Source of the DNA: Octopus vulgaris | Lineage: Eukaryota | Assembly: GCA_951406725.2 (NCBI GenBank) | Contig: OX597819.1 | Span: forward strand, 66,092,001 to 66,156,000 | Direction: 5' to 3' | Length of the DNA stretch: 64,000 bases | In this document: in pieces, positions 37,469 through 50,659 of the stretch | Position numbering within the stretch: position 1 is the first letter of the stretch | Layout of the letters: every line of letters begins with the position of its first letter | The notes under the pieces: generated by a model | Told to the model about the DNA's origin: nothing | What the model saw: the letters and a program-made list of their open reading frames with translations, nothing else | Database searches by the model: none | Translations under genes and position numbers: made by a program

Positions 37469-39059
37469 TCATTGTTATTATAATTAGGTACTGAGTTGTT
37501 GTTGTTGTTGTTGTTGTTGTTCTTCTTCTTCTTCTTCTTCTTCTTCTTCTTCTTCTTCTTCTTCTTCTTCTTCTGCTTCTTCCCCCTTCTCCTCCTCTCA
37601 GAAAGAAATCGGCTGTGCTGAGATCTGGAGATCTGTACGTAGTTTGATGTGCATGTATATGATGACGAAACTTCGTCGGCTCCATCAGTAGTTGAGAGAT
37701 CCCCCCCACGCCCTCCACACACCAAAATAAGCTTATTTTGGGGTGTGGAGCTGGAAAGGAGCTGGCCCTATTCAGTCGCAAATATTGTTAACATCCTTTC
37801 CTCTGAGCGAGCAGTCCTTCAGTCACCAAATAAAAGAAACCTACAGATGGTGTATTGCAGTCATATCCGGCACAGTACTGCTAGCTGTTCTTAAACGGGA
37901 CCACTAGTGCACACTCAAGCATCATAAACAGGATCTCCGCGACCCCAAATATCTACTGATCAGCATACAATTACCTTTCAGCCCCCTGGCGCTCTTATCC
38001 TATTTTTATGTATAATATTTTAACTCAATATATATCATCCTAGCTATATCTGGCCACCCCGCCACACTGTCTGCTACGCCTTATGCTCCACACTATCCAA
38101 CCCTGTGTTAGTTCTTTCTTACACAGAACGTTCGCTTTCTAGAATTACGTCCAGCTAAAACGTATGTTTGCAAATGTTGATTTTCACCCACCGCACCAAT
38201 ATCTCCAGTTTGGAAGGATCTATAAAGGCTATAGGTTATTTACAAGCTCTTCTTACTTAATAAATCTTTTTAAATATCCTCTAAATTCTTGGCAAATGCT
38301 CAGAGGATTTAAATCATCTCAGTTTATATCATTTCCGGAAATTTGGGACGTTTGAAATGTCTGTAATATGAAGCAGTCGAACCCTGGCACTTGCAATTGC
38401 TGTCTTCATATATTCAGTTAGCTCGCTCCACAATACTGAGTTAATACTATTTTGAATAGCACGAGTCTTAAGAACAGTTAAACGAAGAACTTCAGAGGAA
38501 TTAATCGATGTTTATTGACTGGAAGTTAGCATAAAATTTAGAAGAAAGAGATTAATAGGAAAGAATCATAAATATAATTTATATATTTGTCATCAATAGG
38601 ACATGAAGTCATATAAAGTAATACACCAAAGTAACTGGAGTAATAAAATAAAATGTTCACACGAAGCAGAACGCACAAAAGTTCTTAGTACATTTGTTAT
38701 TGATTTTTAACATAGGAGCAATTTAAAAATCTTTTGGTTATAAAGGTCGTTTGACAACTATGTGATTTTGAGTTCAAATCTCATTGTAGAGTAGAAATTT
38801 GTTTGTGATAATACGAGTAGAAGCCAGTGGAAAGAAGTGACCCTTTTGTTAAGCAGAAAAGTAAAATTATACGGTTTAACGCCACCATCTGGCCCTCGGG
38901 TATCTTTTGTGCATTTGTCTTTCTCTTTCAAGCATTCAGATCGGGTCTTGGGTTTTCGGATTACCGCCTTCTCCCCATCATTATCAAAGGACACGTAAAA
39001 TGTCATGGCATTGACATTTTTCCTGTAAGAAAATACAAAAATAACAAAAAAACACACCT

Positions 39060-39284
39060 TTCTTTTCTTTTCTCTCTTTTACTTGTTTCAGTCATGTGAC
39101 TGAGGTCATGCTGGAGAACCGCCTTTAGTCGAGCAAATCGATCCCAGGACTTATTCTTTGTAAACCTAGTACTTATTCTATCGGTCTATTTTGCCGAACC
39201 GCTAAGTTACGGAAACGTAAACACACCAGCATCGGTTATCAAGCGATGTTGTGGGGACAAACACAGACACACAAACATACACAC

Positions 39285-39360
<76 letters not shown>

Positions 39361-39502
39361 GACGGGCTTCTTTGAGTTTCTGTCTACCAAATCCACTTTG
39401 GTTGGCTCGAGGCTATAGTCGAAGACACTTGCCCAAGATGGGACTGAACCCGGAACCATGTGGTTCTTAAGCAAGATACTTACCACACAGCCACTCCTAC
39501 AC
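39060..39502 (-). mobile_element. SINE family A copy
   Basis: Collinear with 22497-22919. Confidence 0.9.
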
Positions 39503-39655
39503 ATGAACAAATATTTTTAGGGAGAGAACAAGTGGTGAAATCTGCCATTATAAATTACTGTTTATAATGTTATCCATTCTTTCCAACATTTCAAAATGGT
39601 GTAATGTTGCAAATGCTGAGGCATAGGACAGTCGAGGTGACTCTCGTCAACTATA

Positions 39656-40045
39656 TGTAATACAATTCAATAGCCGTTTATTTTACAGAGTTCTCGTTCA
39701 TGTGGTTCGCTCTCAGTGACCATCTTTATAGCAGCGCGTTGTTTTTTTTTAGCTCCGTACACGTGAGGGTCATTACCTCTAGAGATAAGCATGTGGAGTC
39801 AGAGCGGAAGAAGAGTCCGCTGTGAGCTGCTGGCTTCGCCGTGTTTCTCGGCGTTGAGTGTGAGAAGAGTGACAGAGAGAATGTCGGTGCTCTCTTTCTT
39901 AAATACTGGCTGCCGGTGAGAGTCTCATTATCGTCTCGCGCATAGCAATTGGTTGTTGGTGAGATCTCGTTCTTGTCTCGCAGATGGCAATGGCTACCGG
40001 CGAGATCTTGTTCAAAATGGCTCTGGCTTTTTGTGCCTCGGTACA
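39656..40045 (-). mobile_element. Possible solo LTR
   Basis: GC-richer 390-bp island bounded by TGT...ACA, with minus-strand TATTTAA and a terminal AATAAA; no clean TSD. Confidence 0.35.
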
Positions 40046-41454
40046 ATATTATTAAATATTTAAAGAATTTGATTTAATATCAGAGAGAGAGAGGAAACTT
40101 TCTCGTCCTCCTCGCATGCAGAGATTTTAGCTTATTCCAGTGGATTTTCAACAGCAGACTGAGCGATACTCCTGGCACCCGATAGAGCCAATATTTTGAA
40201 TTTTTTATGGCATAAAGCTGATTGTGGATATTCCGACTATCCAGAGTCTTTGACTTCGTAACAAACTCCGTTGCTTTATGATATTGCCTTTATAAATTGT
40301 AAAAACAGAGTCATAGTGTAGTAACTTCAACTCTTCTGGGATTGATAAAATAAACAATAGTAAGAAATAAAAACATTACGTAGGTGATGACTGTTCTGAA
40401 TGGTGCACGCTGAAAGCTGTACATAAAATGAAATGTGAGTATTAGAAAATAATGAAAATATATTAGTTACTATAATACATAACATGCTTTAAAAGATTTA
40501 ATTGGACAATCCTTTCATGAAAAAAGCAAAAATGAAATCAATAGACATGGAGTAGCAAGAAATTCAAAAAGGAAAGACCAATTGGAATTTAAAATAAATG
40601 TCGACTCCTGTAAATAATTACGCACTTTAAGCTCATTACTATGAAGTAATGAATTGGTTGATCACGTGTAACCGATTTAGGAAATAACTCTTGTATTGAA
40701 CTCTGGGCCAAAATTGGTTAAAAGTATTCTGTCATTCAATATTATATTGGGTTTTTTTTTTCTGGTATAATGCTACTTGAATATATATATATTTATTATA
40801 CAATGAGTCCTTTTACTGTTTTTCTTTTCACAAATGTAGGCAGACTGTTGAGTGAGATTTCAATGTTATTTATAGCAGGTCAAGCGACCAGGTAAATGCT
40901 ACCAATTTGTTAATTGGGCCAGTTTTGAATAACAGCCAGGTGAGATTGTGAAATGAATTCCTTTCGTTTCTGAATAGGTGGTGGAGGATATGCTCTAAAC
41001 CGTTAATTACGAGGCAACGGTTTGAATTAAAACTTAGAAAAAAATTTATTGGAAGGGAAATCACTAAAGTGTGTAAAAAACATGAATTTAGAAAATTTAT
41101 GTAGATGCTGATGCATTAAATAACGGGTGTCGAAACTTGAACGTGGATTTTTATTTGTTTTTAGATGGAGAAATTCAAAGGCGATTGCGATAATTATTAT
41201 CGACTCTCGAAAAAAACTGTTAACAAAATATTTAGAATTAATCGTATGGAAAATTTAATATTCAGGCTGAGACGCGAACTTAGTCTTCTCAAACCTGATG
41301 TCATCAGTGAGAATCAGTATTTACACCTGGGAAACAAATTTACGAACAGTAATTTTAAACGTACTTTTGTCAATACGTTAAGCAAATGGTCGACAATATT
41401 TGACGACAAAATTTAACTGCCAGACGAGCGTGTTCAGACACAAGAAAATCAGAA

Positions 41455-42135
41455 GTTTGCAATCCAGGAACAGGAAATATCAACCAAGTACCTGATACAC
41501 AAAAGGAATAGAGATGCAGGTAAGCCCGTAAAATGTGACAGCCGATGCAGACTTTATGGATTTCACATTGAAGATGTCACGCACATCATAAGCAGTTGTC
41601 GGAAAATGTCATCACGGTATTATCTTTCGATGAGACATGATGTAGGTAGGACACTCTATAATAAAATCCATCGGAACGATAATCCCGAGAGCAAACAAAT
41701 AACCCATAATACGGTAGAAGCCATAGCCACTCATAATAAAAAGGAATACTGGTGGAATGTACCAGTGAAGACTTCAATAAAAATGAAGACCCCCAATAAA
41801 GCTGAAGGTCAGTGAAAAAGAGAACACCTATGCTGAACTATTGAGAAATCTGCAGTTACTTTATCCAGATTACAAGTTCAGGTTTACACCTGTAATTATT
41901 GGGGCACTGGGATATGTAACACACTGCCTAAATACCAATCTTCAGAAATTAGGCTTTTCAAATCCAGAAAGGAAAAAGCTAATTCGAAGACTACAGATCC
42001 AATTCATTACTGGAACTGTAAAAATCTGTTGAACTTTCCAGAAGTTTATCATTAAAATATATATGAGCATGTCTAGATATGCAGCTATATGCATGAGAAT
42101 ACATACAGAAAGCAAAATATATAAATCTGCACATA
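41455..42135 (+). pseudogene. RLE-type (R4-like) LINE 3' end, decayed
   Basis: FAIQEQEISTKY, CRLYGFHIEDVTHIISSC, MRHDV, YWWNVPV, PVIIGALG, ITGTVKIC; 3'UTR runs into (CATA)n. Confidence 0.85.
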
Positions 42136-43186
42136 TACATACATACATACATACATACATACATACATACATACATACATACATGTACATATTTACACAC
42201 AGAAACACGCACATATGCACACACATACCTATGTATTCGTTGTCTTATAAGAGTTTTCATCATGAAATAGAAATACATCAGACGAATTTTCCAGCGCCAG
42301 AATACAATCTGCTATTTACCAGCATGTCAGAGCTTAAGCACGCACAAAAATTCATACATACATACATACATACATACATACATACATACATACATACATA
42401 CATACATACATACATACATACATACATACATACATACATACATTCTTGATACTCACGTGCATACATATCTGATCTGCATGGAATAACTTTCCTTTCTCTA
42501 TTTTCCATCATTTTTAACTAATGGCCGATTGCTATAGATCTGAAACCGATATATTTTTACAGAGTGTGTTAGTATAATTTAGCTTCAGTTTTGTACGAAA
42601 TACGATGCGTTCTTGACTGATACGTGGGCGTATAGACGGAGAATGGGCTTTGTTTTGCGATTGTTTAAGTTCTTCTAACGAGGATCAAGCTGGTCGCTAA
42701 TGAAGAGACAAGAGATACGACTTACGTCTGCTCCCGGGGTTTGTAAATATGTGAACGAGTTTGGATGCATGCATGCGTTCATGTAAGTATGAAAATTCAT
42801 ATCTCTCTCCCGGTTTCTTTATATTTCTCTCTCTTTCTGTCTATATCTCTGTCTATCTTTCTCTCTCTCTCCTTCTACATATATATTTTTTTCCACTGGG
42901 GCTTTATATGTCCAAAGATGGTTTGAAACTTCAAGTAGCACGGAAAATTGGATCAAACTGTTATGAACAATACACACACACACACACAAACACACACAAA
43001 CACACACAAACACACACAAACACACACATACACACACATATGCGCGAGCACACACATATACACTCATGCATACACACACGTATACGTACAAAAATACATA
43101 CAGATATATACATGCGATACAAACACACTCAGACATATAAACACGCACACACACATACGCATAAACAGTCACCTGATCATTAAGGA

Positions 43187-43439
43187 TCTGGTCTATTGCC
43201 ATAGTAACGAAGCTAAGCTCGCAGAGTGAAGCCGCTTGGCAAAGATTGACCTTGAACTCTGCTGTATATGTGCACTAAGTTTAAAGGTTCTAGCTCACTT
43301 CCGCTGTTTATAACAGTGCTTGTAAACAGCGGAAGTGAGATAGAACGTTTAAAGTTAGTGCACATGCGCAGTAGTGTTGAAGGTCAAACTTTTCTAAGCG
43401 GCCTCACTATGGCAACACTCTGGATACTTATTGACCAGA
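43187..43439. mobile_element. Fold-back MITE
   Basis: ~90-bp inverted arms (43226-43312 / 43321-43408) around an ~8-nt loop; outer TCTGGTC / GACCAGA. Confidence 0.85.
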
Positions 43440-44471
43440 CATCGTATATATGCATTTATTTATGTACATTTACAGATGCATATAAACCGGTAGTCCGAGC
43501 AGAGTATACCCATTTAGAAAGAGGCACAGTACAGCTTTCTCTAAAGCAAATTTCTAACTTGAGGTTACTTTACTTTAAAACCTATTGTATAGGTTATGGC
43601 CTTAGAGATCTTCAGCTCCTGATCCAGTTGACATTCAAGACATTCTCGCACATGCATCCTTTATGGACGCCAGATATGTTGCATTGTTTTTCTATGAAAC
43701 ACTGGTAGGGCACAGTGAGTTCTTCCAGAGTTGCGCAAACCATATTGACACCAACAACCAGTATTACCGCGTTCCTATTCTTTCTTTCTGTCATTTTTTT
43801 CTTTAGATATTTATTTTTCTACAAAATAATTGCGGCGTCGAAATTATGGCGAGATGTACCGAGATGACGGGAGAGAGCAATCATATTGTTATACAGCTGC
43901 GTTGTATATAGTCAGTAATGGCGTTAATTAAACTCGAGTGGACAGCCATCATATATAATTTTATGTCTGTATTAGGGTTCAATGTCATTTTTATGTAGTG
44001 TGCAAGATTTCAGCTCTTTTTGAGTTACACCAGATCAATTTATATATTCGATCCTTTGAAATAGTAATGGATCGATGAATAAATGATACATATACACAAA
44101 CATAAAAGTCACTTGGGTATTTGACTATGTATACGCAGAAATACAGATTATATATATATATATATATATATATAGATAGATAGATACATACATACATACA
44201 TACATACATACATACATACATACATACCTACATAGATATATATACGCACATATATATATACATATATATATATACATATGTATATATGCATATATATATA
44301 TATATATATTTGCATATATTTTATAGGAAATATGTCTGTAAATATATGCGTGTATGACAGACGCGTGATCAATATCGTACATGTATGTAAATCTATATAC
44401 ATACATGTATACATATATATATATGTGTGTGTGTGTATATATATGTATGCATATGTGTGTATGTATGCATG

Positions 44472-44568
<97 letters not shown>

Positions 44569-45390
44569 GCTTATATATACATATATATATATACATACTC
44601 ACGTATAGATCTTTGGATATATGCATACATGCGTACATTCATACGTATACACCCAGGCACACATACACACTCATATGCGGGCATATATATCTGTATATAT
44701 AAGCATATATATATATATATTGATATAAATATATGCATGCATATACACAATAATATATAGATATATAATGCTTTTACATATAAAATATTGCTTTACAGTA
44801 TAAAACTTTGTAATCGTTAATTTGACATTAAAAATATATTAGATTTTTGCCTTATTTATCGTTATTTTTGTATACCATGTTGTTTATATCAATATCCTAT
44901 AAAGCAATACAAAGTTGTGATTAAAAGTTCGATTTTCAATATAATTCAGTAATCAATACTAGAATTACATACAAAAACCTTACATTAGAATTCTTTAAAT
45001 ACTCTTGTCTTGCAGAAAACCGATACAAACAATCATATATCGAACGACAAATCGATTCTAATGTGTTATTAAACACACTGCGCACATACGTGCGCATATA
45101 TGACCCGCATCGCCATATTTCTATATTTCTAATTTTTTTTTTCAGTTATTAATCGATATGTCGAAATATCAATATAGTATACATACATACATGCATACAC
45201 ACACATACATACATATGAAGATTTATATGTGTGCATGTGTGTATGGGATATACTTTTTTCATGTGTGATGATCAATATGCCAATAAAAAAATAACGAATT
45301 ATGATGTTATTTATCCTTTTGTTTCAGACACGCATATATATACATATATATATATAGCATATATATGCATATCTATACACAAACATGCAG

Positions 45391-45427
<37 letters not shown>

Positions 45428-45428
45428 C

Positions 45429-45498
<70 letters not shown>

Positions 45499-45499
45499 G

Positions 45500-45535
<36 letters not shown>

Positions 45536-45789
45536 TAGATACATACATACATACATACATACATACATACATACATAGAGAGATAGATATAGATGGATAG
45601 ATAGATAGATAGAGAGATAGAGAGATAGAGAGATAGAGAGATAGAGATATAGATATATTCATACTTACGAGCTAGCAAACATCAAAAGAAGATCAAAGGT
45701 TGTTGAGTCATCGGCCCATAAGGCCGGTTTCCCGGATTACGCATGACGATTACGCATTTCTGCTGGTAGAAGAAACTGAAATATACATG

Positions 45790-45890
45790 AAATGAAGAAT
45801 TTTGTTCTAGGACACAATGTATCGCCTAGTCCAAGAATCGAAACCAGAATCCTATGATCATTAGCGCAATGCCATAACCATTCAATCACA
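45790..45890 (-). mobile_element. Old tRNA-derived SINE fragment
   Basis: TGGTTATGGCATTGCG...GGTTTCGATTC...TTGTGTCCTAGAACAA; a similar remnant lies at 54110-54240 (+). Confidence 0.45.
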
Positions 45891-46001
45891 TACATCGACA
45901 CACACACACACACACAAATGCATACGCACACACACAAGCACACATGCACACACACACCGCGTATATACACGCTGTGTGGTAAGAAACTTGCTTCTTATTT
46001 C

Positions 46002-46045
46002 GGCCAGAGTTCTTTCGTCACACTCCTGTGACCGCATCAGTGGTC
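46002..46045 (-). ncRNA. Type-I hammerhead motif, variant core
   Basis: Minus strand GACCA-CTGATGC-G-GTCAC-AGGAGT-GTGAC-GAAA-GAAC-TC-TGGCC. Confidence 0.7.
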
Positions 46046-46351
46046 ATTTGCCTTCTTCTTCCTTATTTGTGTCTCTCATTCATTTGCGCATGCGTATACC
46101 TCTATGTGTTTCTATGTTTAGTTAGTGTGTGTGTATGGGGAAGTGTCTGTAATATTTGTATCTCCTGTTTATATACGTTTGTGTAATTTGTTTTTTGTTT
46201 GTTTGAATGTTTGCTTGTTTTTGTTTTTGTTTATTTTTATTTTGTTCATGTGTTTACACCTACTTATTATTATCATTATTATTATGTATGTATAATACTA
46301 CTACTACTAATAATAATAATGATAATAATAATAATGATAATAATAATAATG

Positions 46352-46385
<34 letters not shown>

Positions 46386-46722
46386 AATAAAATAAAGATA
46401 AAAATAAAAAAGGATATAGTTATATACTTCCATTTGTTTATTTATCAGTGTATTTTATTTTATTATGTTTTCAGTTTTGTTTATATTGTAACCAGTTTAT
46501 GGGGTTCTTTTTCTGTCATATGCTGTGGTGTGTGCTAGTGTTCCATTCCAGTTTCTTATTGGCTAAACTGGCAAAATGACCATTCCTAAATACAACAATA
46601 TCTGTTTCAACACACGATTTCACATCAAAAATCTTGCAAAACAAATATATAAACGTATAAATATATGCATATGCACACACACACACACACACAAACACAT
46701 ATATATTTAAATATATAAATAT

Positions 46723-46755
<33 letters not shown>

Positions 46756-46761
46756 TTCATA

Positions 46762-46821
<60 letters not shown>

Positions 46822-46824
<3 letters not shown>

Positions 46825-47542
46825 TAGTTTTATTTTTATAGCGTGCTTTCACTTCACTACCGAGCGCAGCTCTGTGTGCCTTGGGTATGTGCTGTGATTT
46901 GTTGTGATGCTCTGATGGTTATTGTATGGAAAGTGTTCTGCGTAGGATGTGTGCAGTGCCTAGTAGTGCAATTTTCTGTATGTTATATGTGTTTGTAAGT
47001 CCTGGTGTTTTTGTTATGTATTTGTCTGAATATTTTTTTATCATGCCTAATGCACCTACTATGATAGGAATTGTTTCTGTTTTCAGGTTCCACATTCTAG
47101 TTACCTCTATTTCCAGGTCTTTGTATTTTGAGAGCTTCTCCATTTCTTTTAGAGACACGTTGTCATCTGCCGATATTGATACATCAATTAGAAAGCATTT
47201 TTTCTTCATGATCTCTGACAACTATATCTGGTCTGTTGGCCTTAATTTCTCTATCTGTGTGTATCGGCATATCCCAGAATATGGTTGCATTCTCGTTTTC
47301 TGTGACCTTTTCTGGTGTGTGCCTATACCATCTTTTTTCTGTTGTTATTCCATAATGTTGGCATAGCTTCCAATGTATGTAGGTTCCAACTTTGTCATGT
47401 CTGTGAATATATTCCTTCTTAGCCAGGACTGGGCAGCTAGAGATAATATGATTTATTGTTTCTTGTCCATCTCCACATATTCTGCAGTTACTTGTAATAT
47501 TTCTTTTCATTACATGTTTTTGGTAATTTCTGGTGGGGAGGC
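46822..47542 (-). pseudogene. R4/Dong-type LINE, 5'-truncated, within (TAA)n
   Basis: CRICGDGQETINHIISSC, HRHDKV, NRPDIVV, LIDVS, EKLSKY, PIIVGALG, QKIALLGTAHILR (zinc knuckle plus PD-(D/E)xK endonuclease); one frameshift; (ATT)n on both flanks. Confidence 0.95.
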
Positions 47543-47546
47543 TATT

Positions 47547-47577
<31 letters not shown>

Positions 47578-47620
47578 TTATTATTATCATCTAGCTGAAC
47601 GCCTCACATCCATTTCCAAG

Positions 47621-47683
<63 letters not shown>

Positions 47684-48340
47684 ATAATAGTATAAAATAC
47701 AATCATAAATAAGGGCACAGATGTTTCTGTGTGTATATGCTGAAGATAGACACTAAATACGCCTACAACATGTATAATTTTAATGTGATGAGTTGCAGTG
47801 GCTAGACGGAATCAGTGTCATTGTTCAGCATAAAGGCACAAATGCCCCTGTGTCCTTACTTGTAATTGCATTTTATGCTATTATAAATCTTTGTATATTA
47901 ATTTACTGAAATAAGTCTATTTTATATACTGGCCAATGATAAAATTGTTAATGTGTGTATCCTATAATTATATTTTTATACGCATTTGTATATACACACA
48001 GATTCAGTTAGACTCTATGCTGGTAGATTAAGAGCAATGGCATTTCGAAGTAATTAGCCAAGTCTCTATATTTAAAAGGGAAGATCATTTGCATAATGTA
48101 TTCCACGAAACAATATGTAATCGACTGTCCCCCTCCTCCCAGAAATCGGGCCTTGTGCCTTGAGCAGTGAAGAATACTGAAGTCTTTTAAGTTATTACTG
48201 TATACTATTATACAATTAAGCGTGTCTCTTCAATCCACTCTCATTTGTTTACACCCGCACGCACACGCACACAAGTGTATACAGACATATACCTACATAC
48301 ATACATACATGCATATACGTATATGTAAACATATACTCAC

Positions 48341-48512
48341 ACAGTTCTATATTTAATAGATGAGGAATTATGTACATTATTTACATTTGACGGATATTTG
48401 TCCTCATCTTGTTTGTTGCTAACACAACATTTCGGCTGATATACCGTCAAGCCTTCATCAGGAAATTGAGGAAATTTCCGACCTGGGTTCTCATTCCTAA
48501 GGTATTTTTCGA

Positions 48513-48572
<60 letters not shown>

Positions 48573-48628
48573 CATCATCATCATCATCATCATCATTATT
48601 ATTATTATTATTATCATCATCATCATCA

Positions 48629-48691
<63 letters not shown>

Positions 48692-48758
48692 TCACTACCT
48701 GGAATCGAAATGGAAATCTTGGGGATAGTAGCCCGCGCTCTTAACCACTACGCCATGT
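48341..48758 (-). mobile_element. tRNA-head/(AAT)n/hammerhead SINE-like element, copy 1
   Basis: A box TGGCGTAGTGG (48755-48745), B-box-like TTTCGATTCC, (AAT/GAT)n, HHR at 48466-48421. Confidence 0.85.
48421..48466 (-). ncRNA. Minimal type-I hammerhead motif (degenerate)
   Basis: CTGATGA-A-GGCT...AGCC-GAAA-TG-TT-GTGTT; the 5' strand of stem I is altered. Confidence 0.75.
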
Positions 48759-48769
48759 TCCCGCGCTCT

Positions 48770-49030
48770 TAACCCCAAAGTTTCGAGTTCGATTCCAGGC
48801 AAGGACCAGAATAATGATGATGATGATGATGATGATGATAATAATAATAATAATGATAATAACAACAACATCCAAAGCTACCTTACGAACGAAAACCCAG
48901 GCTGGGAATTTCCCCAAGACATCTGATGAAGGCTGGAGTGTATATCAGCCGAAACGTTGTGTTAACAACAAACAAGATGAGGATAAATATCCGTCAAATG
49001 TAAATAATGTAAATAATGTAAATAATATAA
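48770..49030 (+). mobile_element. tRNA-head/(AAT)n/hammerhead SINE-like element, copy 2 (inverted)
   Basis: B box GAGTTCGATTCC (48785-48796), (GAT/AAT)n, HHR at 48918-48963, (AATGTAAAT)n tail. Confidence 0.85.
48918..48963 (+). ncRNA. Minimal type-I hammerhead ribozyme motif
   Basis: GACAT-CTGATGA-A-GGCTG-GAGTGTATAT-CAGCC-GAAA-CG-TT-GTGTT; palindromic ACGT stem III. Confidence 0.88.
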
Positions 49031-49749
49031 ACTCACATACATATGAACATTTCGATGAAATTATTCGAATTCTTGAAAGTATATTTCAAGAAGCCAAAAA
49101 TATTTCCGTGCTCTCTTTACTAGTATACAGACACACATACACACACACACATACACTCGCGCGCGCGCACACACACATACATGCACACACACCACAACAA
49201 CAAAGGAACCATATGCAAAATAAGATATTTCAATCCGATGAACAACTCCTCTGGCTCTTGTACCCGATCGATGTTTAAATATTTCATTGTAGCGCAAATA
49301 AATATGTAATATCTTACATGCAATTATATCATTATTAAAATACATCAATTCTGTTAATTAGAAGACAAACCTCATGAATATAAAAGATTTCAATACAATT
49401 CGGATTGAAATTATATAGACTAGGAGTTGATAAATCGATAGAAAAAATGGTTAGCAATAAACAATATAAAGAACCCATTAACAATCGTTAATCAATGTGA
49501 TTTCTATATATTTTAATGATCGAATATGATCGATTTATAACAAGAAAATATCTAAGATTCTCGCTAAGTATTTTACCGCTAGTTTTGCAATAAATATAAT
49601 TCATATTCTTGTTTCTCTTCTTTTTCTCTTTCTCCTCCATTGTCTTGTGATATTGGAGGAGGAGGAGGAGAGAATGGAGAAATAAGCGATGCCAAGAGGA
49701 ATAGTAAGAGATAGACGTTAAAGGTAAACAATACTTTTCAATTTTTTAT

Positions 49750-49989
49750 TTGTTTGTTTCAGTCATTTGACTGCGGTCATGCTGGAGCACCGCGTTTAGT
49801 CAAGCAAATCGACCCCAGGACTTAGGCTTTGTAAGCCTAGTATTTATATACTGTCGGTCACTTTTTTACGGGGACGTAAAGACACCAGCATCGGTTGTCA
49901 AGCGATGTTGGGGGTGTCAAACACAGACACATAGCCTATATATACACACACACACACACATATGTATATATATAGATGTATATATATAT

Positions 49990-50076
<87 letters not shown>

Positions 50077-50258
50077 GACAGATATAGATGTAGATATATA
50101 CGACGGGTTTCTTTCAGTTTCCGCCTACCAAACCCACTCAAAGGCTTTGGTCGGCCCGAGGCTATAGTAGAAGACACTTGTCCAAGGTGCCACGCAGTGG
50201 GAAGGAACCCGGAACCATGTGGTCGGTAAGCTACTTACCAAACACCCGCTCCTGTGCC
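49750..50258 (-). mobile_element. SINE family A copy with internal (GATA)n
   Basis: Collinear with 22497-22919. Confidence 0.9.
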
Positions 50259-50659
50259 TCATTGCTAATGAATAAAATATAAAACAAAACATAAAGCAAC
50301 GAATATCATTTATCATTTTCATGGTTCAGTAAGTAAATGGACTGCGAACTTGCTGAGGATATCCCTTGAAAGCGTGCAGTCAAAGTTGAGTCCTAGTTCT
50401 AATTCTAATATATATATGAGGAATAACCACAAAAGTGGATCCTCTCCACGAAGAGTGTGTTCCCAAGAAAAAACTCTGCAAAAACGCCAGAACGCAAAAA
50501 TGAGCAAGAGAAATGAAAATATACAAAATAAAACGATTACCTACGTATCATGATTTCATTGTTAACACTTGCATTATTTAATGTGTGTGTGTATGTATGT
50601 ATGTACATATATATATAAGTATATGTCAGGCACAGGCGCGACTGTGTGGTAAGAACTTT

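Noticed and set aside
41150-41416. Splice-acceptor-like TTTTTTAG followed by an 83-aa ORF
   Set aside because: No recognisable domain, clear donor or partner exons; needs RNA-seq.
50340-50381. CTGAGGA...GAAA inside a GACTGC/GCAGTC stem
   Set aside because: No stem II pairing and no NUH site in register.
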